DNA from: Lama guanicoe
Taxonomy: Eukaryota
Assembly: GCA_013239625.1 (NCBI GenBank)
Contig: MU053482.1
Span: forward strand, 186,001 to 250,000
Length of the DNA stretch: 64,000 nt
Direction: 5' to 3'
Positions 1 through 12,900 of the stretch are shown here, piece by piece. Position 1 is the first letter of the stretch, and each line of letters begins with the position of its first letter. The translations under genes were made by a program, and so were the position numbers. Below the pieces are notes generated by a model, which worked only from the letters and a program-made list of their open reading frames with translations, was not told where the DNA came from and did no database searches.

Positions 1-556
1 CCCATCATATCCTCAGTACCAGAGAACAGTATGACACATAGTGAACATTCAGTAAAAATGCTCAGGAGGAAGGAATGTAATTGGAAGGTGTGCGGATGGG
101 TACCCCAAGTTACAGCAGCTCAAATGCAGCAAATCCAAAGGGAAGAGAAGGTAAAAATACTAGTAGCACCTGGACCACGTATCAGAGCAGACACAAAATG
201 TGAAGAAGAGATCTCAGGTCACCCACAGCACGCCACAGAGCGCTACACAGCTAGAGAGAACCCCAGGCCAATGCTACATTACAAGTGTCGCACAGATGCA
301 AAACATGTAGCCCCGATGAGCAGCCAAAGACATCCAGGAAAGGTGACTGTGTGATTCATGTATTATAAAAGCAAGTAGGCACATTAAAATTGTACCCAAA
401 ACAGTTAAGTTTAACACTAGAAAGAAAATGCCACCTAACTCTGAAGTAATTGCTGGAGACAAAGGCCAAAGAAGGGCAGGAACACCCTCCCAGAACAAAG
501 GTCAGAGAGAGAAGATGGCTCACCCAGGTAAGCCAGGGCAGAGGTAGGGGCCATAC

Positions 557-724
557 CCGGGAGTTGCTGCCAATACGGGCAACAAGGGTGTCAAGGATGG
601 TGTGGGTGTCATGCCGGTGTAACAGCAGGAATCGCAGGAAGGTACGGAGCAAGGCAGGCTCTGAGATACTCCGTAGGAAAAGTTCCAGATAGGCGGTACT
701 GGCGATCATCTCCTCCACAGAGGT
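557..724 (-). CDS. FHIP1B: FHIP1B coding exon 5 (gene continues beyond left edge)
   Basis: TSVEEMIASTAYLELFLRSISEPALLRTFLRFLL...GSNSR; 168 nt phase 0, tccag| acceptor, |gtatgg donor. Confidence 0.93.
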
Positions 725-935
725 CTGGACGAAGGGAAGGGAAAGTTTGGAAATTTAGGGCTTCCCCACATATACACTGAGCCACTTTCCCTAAGTTCTA
801 ACAAGGTAACTAGGAGCAGACAGGGAAAAAGGGAGAAGTACACGCCCCACAGCCTCCCACATTGATCCTGGCATTGAGGGGACCATCCCTCAGCCTAATT
901 AATCCCTTAATCTGCCTTCCATCCATGACTCTCAC

Positions 936-1022
936 CTTGTGCAGGGCAGGGCCCATGACAGGCACCAGGAACCCATTATGGATATAATCAACCAGCTGCT
1001 TTTGCACCAGGGGGTGAGCCAC
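936..1022 (-). CDS. FHIP1B: FHIP1B coding exon 4
   Basis: VAHPLVQKQLVDYIHNGFLVPVMGPALHK; 87 nt, AG/GT boundaries. Confidence 0.94.
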
Positions 1023-1214
1023 CTGTAGGGGTGCAAGAGAGAGGGTGGAGGATTTTGAAGGGGACCACTGTCTGGAAGGGAGTAGAATGGTATAGTACGC
1101 GTAGGTACCCTATCTCCCAGATGGCAGAAAACCAGAACTCTGGGGAATGCGCCCCCTCCCACCCATCTCCCCAGAATGACCAAGGCCCAGCCTTCCTGGG
1201 AACCCCAATCCCAC

Positions 1215-1373
1215 CTGAATGACTGCATTGCAGAACTCTAGGGAACTCATGAAGAGCGCAAGGGCTGGCACTCCCAGCCAGTCCTCCCGTCGCAGGCAGT
1301 GCCAGTCATCACCTGGAACTTCAATCTTTCGGGGCAGTGAAGAGTACAGGGCACTCAGCCCTGTGGCCAGCAC
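1215..1373 (-). CDS. FHIP1B: FHIP1B coding exon 3
   Basis: VLATGLSALYSSLP...SLEFCNAVIQ, FAM160/FHIP family signature; 159 nt, AG/GT boundaries. Confidence 0.95.
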
Positions 1374-1735
1374 CTGGGGGCCATCCCCAAGGACACGTTA
1401 CCAAAGGCTCAGACCATATAAAAAGGGGGAACAGAGAACTATTAACTCAGTCTTTATGAGAGTAGAGGGAAGAGCTATTACCAGCAGATATTTAGTTACC
1501 CAAGGTGCCAAGACATCATGTGGAACGCTGGCCCATGAAGAGCCTTCATACCTGCCTTATACACATAAGCCCATGGTTCATCCCCACCCCAACTCCAGGC
1601 ACTGCTTTCAAACCTGAGGGGCTACTTCTTGAAAGAGAAGACCCTGGTACATAGCCCCTCCCCATCTCCTGCACAGCAAGGTGCTGCCCAGTGTCTGCAC
1701 GCCATACCCTACCCCCCATCCCAGGAGGTGCTGAC

Positions 1736-2374
1736 CGGGCAGAAGTAAGAGTGATCTGCAATATAGCGGCCCACAGTGGGGCTCCCAGCTGACAGAGCCA
1801 TGAGCAGGAGTAGGGAGTCACGGGCCTGCTGGCCTAGGGTGCCCTCTCGATGGACGAAGGGGACAAGGCGAGAAAAGAGGAGAAGACGGGGAGCAGCTCC
1901 GGGCTCAGGAGGTGGCTGCAGGAAGAACTCGAGCAATGAGGGCTCCCGGGCCAGACACACGCACAGCTGGCTGAGAAGTAGCACCAGGCCTTCATCCAGT
2001 GCTGGGTTACTGGGCACAGGGCGGCCACAGGCGTCCAGCAAGATCAGCAGAGCCTCACGAACTGGACCATGCCGCAACAGTGGCTGGCGAGCTTCGCTCA
2101 CTAGCATCTCAAATAGTTTCAGTTGCTCAGCCCGCCGTTCCTCAACCCCATCTCCAAGCTCATCCCACTGAAGCTGCCAGGCCAATACACGGGTGAGCAG
2201 ATCCTCGCGCAGAGCAAACTCCAGCAGGGGCCCAGGAGCTGAGGGGGCCGAGGGGACTGCACGATCCTCTGCCAACAGGGTCAGCATCTGGTAAGTGTGG
2301 TTTCGCACAGCACTGAGATCATCTGCGCCCCCAGGCGCTGCCCGAGGGCCTTGCCGCTCCAGGATTCGCACCAC
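1736..2374 (-). CDS. FHIP1B: FHIP1B coding exon 2
   Basis: VVRILERQGPRAAPGGADDLSAVRNHTYQML...YIADHSYFCP; 639 nt, ccacag| and |gtcag. Confidence 0.95.
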
Positions 2375-2503
2375 CTGTGGAAACAGGACAGCGAGAAGGA
2401 ATCTAAGATGATAAGGTGACTAGGTGGCACGGTGAGAGAACAGAGAAGGTTAGAAGGACTCGGGCAGTCAGTAGACTGGGCCCTTTAGCATACAGTCTCC
2501 TAC

Positions 2504-2641
2504 CTGGGACCAGTGATTCTTGAAGACCATGAGGCAGGTCTCAGGGTCAGCCATGACAGGGGTCTGCAGACTGGCCCCTTGTGGTACACGGTGCCCAGGG
2601 GCCCGGGAGGCCAGTCTGCTCAGCCAGTTCATCCTCTCCAT
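2504..2641 (-). CDS. FHIP1B: FHIP1B (FAM160A2, FTS and Hook-interacting protein) first coding exon; whole exon incl. 5'UTR ~2504-2824
   Basis: MERMNWLSRLASRAPGHRVPQGASLQTPVMADPETCLMVFKNHWSQ; donor cag|gtagga; polypyrimidine tract plus tttgtag acceptor ending at 2825. Confidence 0.95.
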
Positions 2642-4742
2642 GAAGCAGGCTGGGCAGGGCCAGCGGCCAGAGGGCCACACTCTGAGAATATGCCAGTTGG
2701 AGGCTTTTTCCACTTGTGTCTCTAGTCTGCTTCATCCGGTCTGTAGGAGCCAGCAGCTGTCCATGGAGCCAAAAGATGCACCAGGCTGGAGTAGTGAGCC
2801 CAGAGGTCACTGCCCAATCCAGACCTACAAATCTAATTCAAAGAGAAAGGGAAAAGAGGTTAACAGAAGTTTGCTTCTCTCCACCCACAGCAGGAAGAAC
2901 GCAGAACCACCACTCCACTGAAAACTCCACACATACGTGCACACTCACAGCACCTTAAACTCAACATGTCTAAAACAGAATTCATTCCAATACCAAACTG
3001 TTACCCCCCTACCCCAGCCTTCTCCATCTTAATAAATGATAGCAATATTCACCTACTTGCTCACCTGGGCATCAGCCTTCTTTCCTCTTTTCTGTACTTC
3101 CAATAACCAGTTCATCAACCTATTGTCTATACCCTCAAAACAAGTCTCACTGTTGCAATAACTTCTAATCTGGTCTCCCATGCTTCCAGTTTCCCCCTCC
3201 CCAACTCCGAGAGTCTACTCTCCACACAACCACCAGAGTGATATTTTTAAAACATAAATTATACTACATTCCTCCTCTGCTGAATACCCTCCAGTGGTTC
3301 CCTATCACACTGGTAACAATCCAAATCCTTTACGCTGGCCTCCAGGGAACTACGTAATCTGCACGAGCCGGTCCGCACTCAGGCCTCACTCATTCAGGCC
3401 TTCCTGAACACTTCCTCTTCCCTCTGTCCACCGTGCTCTTTCCTGATCCTCACACTGTTCACATCCTTCAGTTCTCTTCAAATGCCATCTCCTCAGAGAG
3501 GACATATTTAACAATTCTACCTAAATAGCACATCTGCCCACCTTCACTCTCTAGCTTCCTAATCCTAGTTTCTTTTCAGCAGTATTTTCACTATCTAAAA
3601 ATATTTATCTGCTTATTTATTTGACTATCTTCCCCACTACAGTGTAAGCTTGTTGAGGACAAGGCGCCTCTGTTTTGTTTACTGTTGTATCCCCAGTACC
3701 AAGAGCAGTGCCTAAGGACTCAATAAATATTTGCTGAGTGTATGGATGCTTCAGTGAATGAACAAATGAACGAACAAACAAATGAACGATCTGAAATCCA
3801 GTCTTGATCTGACTCCAGCCCTCTGGGATCAACAAGGAAGAAATTTTTTTCTATCTATTGCAGGTCCCTCCCTAAAAGCCCACCCAGTAGGAAACAGACA
3901 AACAGACCTTTAATTTGCTGAATACTCTCAAGACGTGAAAATTCAGAGCCACTCAAAAAAGAATTTTCATTCTAGCAAAGAACACATGGATACCCTCCCA
4001 TGAACACACACATACCCTCTCCTGTCAGATGCATCGGACACTCACTCCTGGGGCCATGACATGACATCCTCACTAGAGAAAGGAGAAAAGCACCAAAAGA
4101 GCTGTTGAACTCAGCCCGGGCTCACAGTTCCTTCTTCCTCACATCTACCACCCCCTCAGCAGGACTGTCTCTCAACGATACCTCACAAGTAATGGAAACT
4201 TCAGAGGAAAGGCGGGGTTCAGTTGTCCTTCCTCTTTATACTCAACAAGGGCTAAAGGAACTGGGAGACCTGGCAAAAGCCCCATACTTTGCCCTCCAGC
4301 TATATTAAGCACCATCCCCTTCTACCCAGATTTACTCTCTCTCACCATTATCTGCTCGCTAAACTAAAGGAAGGTAGTAGCTATGCTTAAGGAAACTTTA
4401 TGGAGAACAAAAGACAGTCTTATAAAGGGTGGGGCCAGTCCTAAGCAGCAGGCAAGGCTTTCTCATCCATCAGCTCAATGTACACCACACTGTGCTAAGT
4501 AAGCACTGGAAACAAACAATGGATAAAAACAGTTGGAGGGAGCATAAAGAAAAATGCCAATAAATATTATAAACAGAGGTATTTACAAAAATGTCATGGG
4601 AGCACAAAGGAAAGCAACTAATTCTACCTGGGAGACTATAAGAGGATTCCAGAAAAGAAGTGATATCTGACTAAAATCTTTAACAAGATACGGGCCACAA
4701 AGTGCAGAGGGAAATGCCTTCTTCATATTAAAAACAGTATGT

Positions 4743-4891
4743 CCAGGGAACTACATTCAATATCTTATAATAAGCTATAATGAAAAAGAATATGAAGAAG
4801 ATATATATGTGTAACTGAATCACTGTGCTGTACACTAGAAACTAACACAACATTGTAAATCAACTATATTTCAATTTTAAAAAATGTTTTA
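4743..4891 (+). mobile_element. 5'-truncated L1 3' end with TSD
   Basis: L1 3'UTR motif (gaaactaacacaacattgtaaatcaactata) and A-rich tail; direct repeat aaaaacagtatgt at 4730-4742 and 4892-4904. Confidence 0.85.
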
Positions 4892-7800
4892 AAAAACAGT
4901 ATGTGCAAAAACACAGCGCTGTGAAACAGCATGGCAAATCTGAAGAACAGTTGCAAGGTTGGTGTGGCTTCATCACAGACTATTTAGAGAAGAGAGATAC
5001 AATACTGAGTGGAAGGGGAAACATGGGTGAAGGTTATAAATATCATCAAATATCATGCTAGGAATTTGAGTTTTATCTATTGAGACAAAGGATGTTCTTA
5101 AACAAGGACACGATGGCATGAACTAAAGTGGTTAAGAGCAGAGTTAGAAAAGAAAAGATAAATTTTAGATTCACCTCAATCTTAGCATGTCCCATGTGGT
5201 AATGAAATTGTTTACACCTATCACTAATAGCAAGCTCCCTGACAAAAGGGACCACAGCATCCACTCTTCTTTGAAATCCCAGTGCCAACACAGCACCTGG
5301 CCTTCAAATATGTCTGTGGAACCAAATGCTGAATTTAAAACTTATAATAGCTAACATATATTGAGCACTACTATGTGCCAGGCTCCATTCTAAGCACCAC
5401 ATGGAGTAGCTCATTTAAGCCTACTAAAAATGCTAGATGTATTATTATCTCCATTCTACACATGAGGAAATCAAAGCCTAGAAAAGTTAAATAAATTGTC
5501 AAAGTTAGCCAGCTAGAAAGTGGCAAGAATGAGATACAAATACAGATAACCTGCCTCCAGATTTAACTTAATTATGAAGTAGAAGCAATCAGACCTACCA
5601 AATGAAGGGAGGATAAGAGAAGCCCCTAACATGAAGCATAAGAGACTCAGTAAAAGATAACTCCATTAACAGACAAGGAACACATAACAAAGGAACTGTG
5701 TTTTAGAAAACAGGATGAGTACAGTTTTGGATGTGTTATGTTTTGAGACACCTATGGGAAAACCATGACGTCCGGAAAGCAAGAGAAATATTATACTTGA
5801 GCTCAAGGGTAAGTAAAATCAAGACTAGGAGTCACTAGCTGATACGTGGTGGATGAAGCTATAGAAGTGGATGGAATCATCCAAAGCGATCAGCAGATCC
5901 TGAAAGGAGCCAAGGGTGACATCCTGGGAAAAACTAGGACTTAGGAAAGCAAAGAAAGAGGAGTCTTTAAAAAAAAAAGACTTGTGAGCATAGCCAGGAA
6001 TGGAAGGAGAAATCCAAGAGATGATGATAATCTAGAAATCAAGAAAACGAAGTTTCAAGAAACTGAAGGTTACCCATAGTGTATAGTGTATAGTCTACAG
6101 AAAGATAAACTACAATGAAAAGTGACTGACAGTCAGTCAGTTTTAGTCGGTCGGATGGGGAGCCTCAGAGGTGTCTGTCAAGTGAGGAAAAGGAATCCGA
6201 AGAAGATAATAGGTTACGGATAAATACAATGGGCAAAGTGACAGAAAAAACAGGTATAGGATTAGTCTGAGAAACAGAAGTATACCACTTCCTCTGAGAA
6301 AGAAGGAAATAGTAAAACAGAGAGGACGGGTGCCACTTCAGGTAAATCTGAAAACTGGAAGACGGAAGCTAATAGCTACTACCACCCCCACCCACCTACC
6401 CTCTCCCCAACCACGCCCCAAGAGATTCACGGTCAGGGCAAGAAGGTGGAAGAGCCATGGAGTGGATGCTCGCATACATCCCACACAGGGTTTCCTAGAA
6501 ACCATCAAACACAGTCACACAGACTAGTGGCCGTCACCAGCAGGGAGCACTGGAAAAGGCACTTACCCATCTGCCCTAGTACTTCAGGTCCCAAGAAGGT
6601 GTGGGCTCAGGCAGGCAAAGCCAATAGTGGAGATTACTGATGAGAAATCTCGCCTGCTACTAGACCCGTCACTGTCCTTAGCCCTGGGACACCGTACCAT
6701 TCCTTGTTGGTTTCCTTAAACTCATTTGCCCACTAATTTGTAAATATAGTCCCTTTACTATTAAATTTTCCCAAACTTAATTTGTGCCATCTGCTTGCTA
6801 CCTTCAAAGACCCTAAGTGATACAAGAGGTCTACTGGTGACTGAATGCTTTCTCAAACATACTTCATTTGAGGACTGAAAACAAACAGGGGCCCTAAGGT
6901 CAAGCAAGAGTAATACAAGGAAGTAAATAAAGCATGAGCTGTGGCGTTCCTCAAACAAAGGTTTGAATCACAGTCCTCCGTTAAATAAATCACTTCATAC
7001 ATTGGAGCCTGTTTCCTCGTTTATAAATTTCTGATGAAATATATACTGTTGTTGCTTTAAGACTTAAATAAGATAACTTATGGAGCAGCCCAGGCACAAA
7101 GCGCAGGTGCTCTATAAGTGACATTTTCCTTCCCCTTTCTGTCTCCTGACCCTGTCTGACCAAGGTGCCCTCATCTCCAACAGAGGGGAGAGATCTAACG
7201 TGCTCTGACATGTCCATCCTCACCACCTCAACCACATACCCCAAGGGAGATGAAGAAGGGCCAAGCATCCAGCCTCAGCAAAGTAAGGCCTTAACGTGTT
7301 CAAAACTAAACTGCCTCCAGCCTCTGGAACTCAATTCCAAAGACTAACAAACAGCTCCTACCTTGCGATTTACCTGGGGTGCCTATTCCTGGTCCTCTGC
7401 TTGACTGACAAAGGGCACTGCTCACAGACCCAGGGGGAAGTGGCCTCCAGCATTTTCCCTCCCCACCCCACCCTCATGTCTTTTCAAAGACCTCAAAGAG
7501 AAAAGCCCCACTGAAATCAGTGTCTCAGAACCTGAAAGCCAACACTTAACCTGGGCCCTTTTCACACACTGCAAAAACATAAAAGAAAGCCATAGATTGG
7601 TGTCCCTGTCACCTGTGTAAGACTCCCTTGCTCCCTGTTAACCCTGAAAAGTTCAGAACAAGACAAAGAAGAGAGTGAAATCACCACTCTTACTGGGCCC
7701 TTTCCTCCCATAGCAAAGTCTAGAAAAAAGTAGACCCCTCTTCCTAAGTTTACCTACATGCTCAGCCACAGGGAAAAAAGGAGCTGATCCTTCAGACCCC

Positions 7801-10800
7801 AAATGGCCAAGGTCAGGCACTCACCGTAGGGCCCAAAATACGGCCTTATGGGCACACTCAGCAAGGGTGTCCACCAACCTCAGAACAGCAGGCACAAGGC
7901 AGGAAGTGGCTCAGCCTCACTTAGGAACCTTTGCCCTGGGAGAGGCAAAGAGAGCGGGAGCTGGGGGCAGGGATACACCTGCAACACCTACAGCAGACAG
8001 AGACCAACCTTCTAAGAACGGGTCAGTGAGGTTCTGAGTTTCTCTCCCCCTACAATGGCTCTTCCTCTTAATAGCGTAAGAGGCAGGGATGGGCTGTTAC
8101 CCTAGATACTGAAAGTAGAAAGATCCAATTAAAACCTCATAGGAATACAAAAGGGAAGAAAACAAACACCCCACCTCACAGAAGCCTAGTCTAGAGCTCA
8201 GCTTACACATATCCTCCCTGCTTGTCTGCCTCTCAGCCTGCACGTGTAAGACAAACGGGATATGAGTATCTGGTCCCACCTCACTTCCCCCCTCCCCAGG
8301 ACCACCTCTGCATCGTGCAGGGGGCTCCCATCCTGACCCCAGCAGAGCCCCTGTACCTCACAGCATGACTCCCCTTTACAGCAGTAAATCCCCATGTCAC
8401 AAGCAGCTATCTCCACCCCTCTTGCAGGAGGGTAACAAAGAAGTCAAAGAGGAGGTGAAACTGAACTAGATCCTAATGGATGAGGAAAGTTCATTGGGCA
8501 GAGAAGAGAAGGCATTCCCAGTAGAGGAAGCAGCTATTACAAAGATTTCAAGGTTCAAAAGAGTAACATTTGTTAGGGAATGTGAACAATTTATTCAAGC
8601 TAGAACAAAGTAGAGAGTGGCAGGAGATGAAGCTGGAGAGGTGAGTCGAGGCCAAATGATGCCATATTAAGGAACTTGGATGTTGTCCTACAGAATACAA
8701 AGAGCCAAAAGTTTTTAAGCAGAGGAATTCCATGATCAAATTTGTATTTTTAGAAAGATCAGTCCAGGGACGGGCTAGAAAAGAGCAAGTCTGAAGGCAG
8801 GAGACTGTCGGAGGAGAAAAAATCCAGATGAGAGATGAGAAGGAAGTAAACTAAAGCTTTAACAGTGAAGATGTAGCAATGGAGATGAAAAGGACAGAGA
8901 TAATTTAGAGGGAAAAGGATTAAGATTTTAATGACTGACTACATAGAGTTGGGGGTGGGGGGCAGGAAGGAGCAGAAAGAATAGAAGATGATACTGAAGT
9001 CCTTGCCTGGACTGATACACAGCATATGGTGCAAAAGCAGGCTTTCAGAGCAAAGACTCAATGAGTTCTGTTTCGGACATGTTAACTTTGCCAGGCTTGT
9101 AGAGATATAGTAGGTCACTGCATAGATATGACTGGAACATAGAGAGACTGAGACTAGGTTACGGAGAAGTAATCACCTCAAGATGATTTATCTTTATATT
9201 TCACATTCTCTCTCTAAATTGAACTTATCTTTTCGTTTGTCTATCTTTCCCAACCAGACTGAGAATTCCTTGAGACCTCAGGGGACCACATCTTATTTAT
9301 CTTGCTATCTCCTAAAATGTGAGCATCTCGAGGGCAGGCTACATGTTGAAGAAGCATTTGCTGAATGAATAAATAAATTAATATATGAATGAATGAATTT
9401 GTCCTCTCAGCACTTAGCAGATTGCCTGGCACAAAGCAGATGTGGAATAAATGGTTATATACAGCACCGTGAACATGTTTCTGTCTCTACATTGTCATCC
9501 TCATCTATGTCTCATCTTCTCAGATCTACTCAGCTATGTAGCACAAGGCAAAATCCATCATATTTAATGCACTACTATTCAACAAAGAGTTCAGTATAGC
9601 AAGCAATAAGCTTACCAAACCCAGTGCTTCCTTTAGAATAACCAAGAATTTGGACAGTCCCTAAGAACCCTCTGAACATGGGATTTGACTCACCCTATCA
9701 TTATCACAGTGTGATCCAGGCATTATACACACCTGTTCCTATGCCTTTGCAACATTAATAAACAGAATCTTCAAACCTATGTCACTCTAACAGTCTCTTT
9801 AATACCTTTTGTAGACAGAACAATTATAAATCATTAAAAAAAGGTTTTTGCCAGTATCATGTCCTCCATGTCATCACAACCTTCCTATCCATCACATGCT
9901 TTTTACTCCACAACACCTTCATTCTCTGTTAAAATTTTTATTTTCCCAAGTCACTCTCAGAAGACATAATTTGGGGTCCAGCTTTGCTATTTTATCACTA
10001 TGTGATCTCTAGCTTCTGAATTTGATTCCTCAACTATAAAATATGAATTCCTGCCCTTGCATACTTCACAAAGTATCTATGTAAATCCAGTAAAATTTGA
10101 GATTGCTATCTCATGCATTAATGCTGTTTAGATGTCAGAAGTTATATAGTAGAATTACTGTATTAACACGTTTCCTCAATAACACAGCAACCACACCATC
10201 ATCACTCTAAATTTCTGGATTTCAAGAGCCAGTAAAAATAGATTTTAAAAAATTCTAAATAGGACTATTACTTTTTATTTTGGCAAATAGATCAGTTTTT
10301 TTAAAACCCATCATCCACTGTCACCATTCCTTCTTCAGTGACAGAGCACTTTAACACCAAAGGATAGGAATGATAATCTAAGAATTTTATCTTTATGAAA
10401 ACCTGATGTTCCATATCTTCTTTCTCTCCTTACACCTGGAATAGATGAAAACTTTATCATGGCTTGGTACTGTCCTTGGCCCAATGTTTAGGAATCACTG
10501 CTCTAAACCCTTTCATTATATGTGTAAGTTCTATAGGGTTCTGACCCTCTGGGCAGATTGTCAAGGGATCCACCAGCATGAAAGTTGGTTTGGCTTCCAG
10601 AGAGAAACAATAAAAACATACCATAGGACAGAGAAAGTTGGTTCTAAGGTTCAGACTCTAAACCAGAATGGAGAATTGGGCTGCCCCTCATTCTCAGAGA
10701 ATGATCTTGATAGGGAAGGTCTACCTCTTTCTGAGGTTAGGGAAGGTATCTGCTCTGTGGCAGACTATCAGTAAAGAGAAAATTGTAGTGGTGTGAAAGG

Positions 10801-10934
10801 GACCATTATCACTAAGTGCTAACCCAGCTTCCTAGAACATTCCAAATTTTCACGTGCATGTGAGTTGACGGGGAAAAGGGGACCTGTAAAATGCTAATAA
10901 AGTGAACCCAATGGAATGAATTGTAAATTAATAG

Positions 10935-11090
10935 GAGAAAACTTTTGGGGGTCATAGAAATGTTCAGTATCTTGAAAGTAGTGATGGTGTCAGAGATGTA
11001 AACATACGTCAAAACTCATCAAACATGTATATTTTAAATATAAGTAGTTTGTTCTACATAAATTAGTGGGGTTTTTTTATTTAACTGTAA
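10935..11090 (+). mobile_element. Old L1M 3' fragment
   Basis: ggagaaaacttttggggg...gaaatgttcagtatcttg...gtcaaaactcatcaaa resembles L1MB/MC 3' end. Confidence 0.65.
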
Positions 11091-12039
11091 GAAAATGAGA
11101 GCAAAGTCATCCTGTTTGGAAGTCTAAACACAGCGTTGTATGTAACAAATTATATAATATCCATGAAAGCAGAATTAATAATTGACAGTGGTTAGTCCAA
11201 TATAGATAGCAACCATTTAACGCCCCACAGCTCAGCACAGGTAAGGAACAGCAAGGGAGTAAGATGCCCAGAAGCAGGTGGAGAAAAGACAAACATAGGC
11301 AGTCACAGCCAAAAAATCTCCATAAGAAGGACCATCTTCAAGTTTGCAGTCCCAAAGAGGAACTTAAGGGAACAAGGATTCCAGTGATAACTTCATTGAA
11401 GACTAAGCCTCAAAAATAATTTTCATTGCCATTGTTACTATTGCCCATGACGCCTTCATTTTTTGGTACTCCAAATTGTGTAAAGCCCATGGAGCAGAAG
11501 AGCCAAGTGCACAACACTTTCACCCAAGCTGTCCTACTCAATCTAAAACTATTGCTGTCGCTGGGCAGGACACATCATTAAGGAGACTTCAGAATCAACC
11601 TCACCTTTACCCAAGTCTCACAACACTCATTCCTTCCTGCATGCCGTGCCCTCAACCCCCTCCCAATTCACCACCAGCCTGCATGCTCCAGCCTCTGCCC
11701 TATCCTCTCCTCCTCCCCGCACAGGCCTCAGCCCCTCACTCTGGTCCCAGGGCTGTCCCTCACCCCTGCCTACAGGAGCCCCAGCCCCTCGGGAAATAGT
11801 GTTCAAAAGTCCCTTCCACTTGACCCTCAGAAAACATCCCAGCCCCTCATGCTAGCCAGCTCCTTGCTTGCTCACTCACCCCGAGGCTCTCTCCCTGCTC
11901 CCCTACCTGAGACACTCACACCCGGCCCCTCACCACATGCCAGCCCCTCACCCTGTCCCCTCACAACCAGGACAGTCACCAAACCCGATGCCGTCATTCC
12001 CCAGCTCCTTGTCCCCTCTCATGCGCCTCTCCGGACCCT

Positions 12040-12900
12040 CCGGCCCGTACCTACTGTTCACTCACAGAACCCCGACCCTGACCAGGCCCGATTGCCACCG
12101 CGGTGCTAGGTGAGCTCAGGCCGCCGCCATCGCTCCTCAGGCGCACCAGCCGCGCCCCGCCCCGCGCCACACGCAACCCGCGCCCCCGCGCACCACACGT
12201 AACCGCCCAGCGACGCACCGCTGGGCAGTGGCGTGCCAGCTCATTGGCTGGGCCGGGCCAAAGCCCGAGCGTCGATGTCTGTCTCCTGGCAACGGCCGAG
12301 CGCAGGGGAGGGGTCGCCGACGGCATTCCGAGCAAGGAGTACCGCCTCTTCCCCCAGGTTCCACCCCCTCGCGCTGCAAACCCCGCCCTTCTGAAGGACT
12401 CCGGCGTGTCATAGGGGAAGACCTCTGGGGAGGTGGAGGCCCGCGGGTAGGGGGCGGAGCCTGAGGAGGAAAGGTCGAACCAGAGGGCAGAAGGCGGGTC
12501 CTTAAGAGCGATGCGACTTAAAGAGGCCGGGAAAGACCAGAAGGCGGAGCGTAGGAGAGACCTGGGACCGAAGAGAGGCTAACGTGGTAGGGGCGGGGCC
12601 AAGAGGCCTGGCGGTGCTTACAGTGGGAGAGGGGGCGTGGAGGGGGTGGGGCTAACACCAGAGGGTATGTCTGAGGGGAGGAGCCAGCAAGTGGGCGGGA
12701 CCCGTGGCAAAACAAGCCCTAAAGAGGGCAGACAGCGAGAAGTCTAGCTCATTTTTTGCCCCAACTGGGTAGTTGGCTTGGATAGTACCCGGACGATGAC
12801 CGCTCCTTGATGGCTCCCCCAGCACCTGCTGCTCCGCGATCCCTTGGGCACTGCTTTTTTCAGTCACTCAAGGGACACGGAGTAAGCGCCTTCTTGTCAG
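12040..12900. promoter_or_regulatory. CpG-island promoter of FHIP1B, lying between the divergent FHIP1B and CNGA4 genes
   Basis: Dense CpG; GC boxes (ccccgccc ~12155, ggggcgggg ~12591); CCAAT on minus strand 12243-12247; X-box-like gtctcctggcaac 12281-12293. Confidence 0.85.
12066..12200 (-). other. FHIP1B: Probable FHIP1B non-coding exon 1 (TSS approximate)
   Basis: Minus-strand donor tct|gtgagt (12065-12060), with an alternative ag|gtacgg 15 nt further; lies downstream of the CCAAT/GC boxes. Confidence 0.65.
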
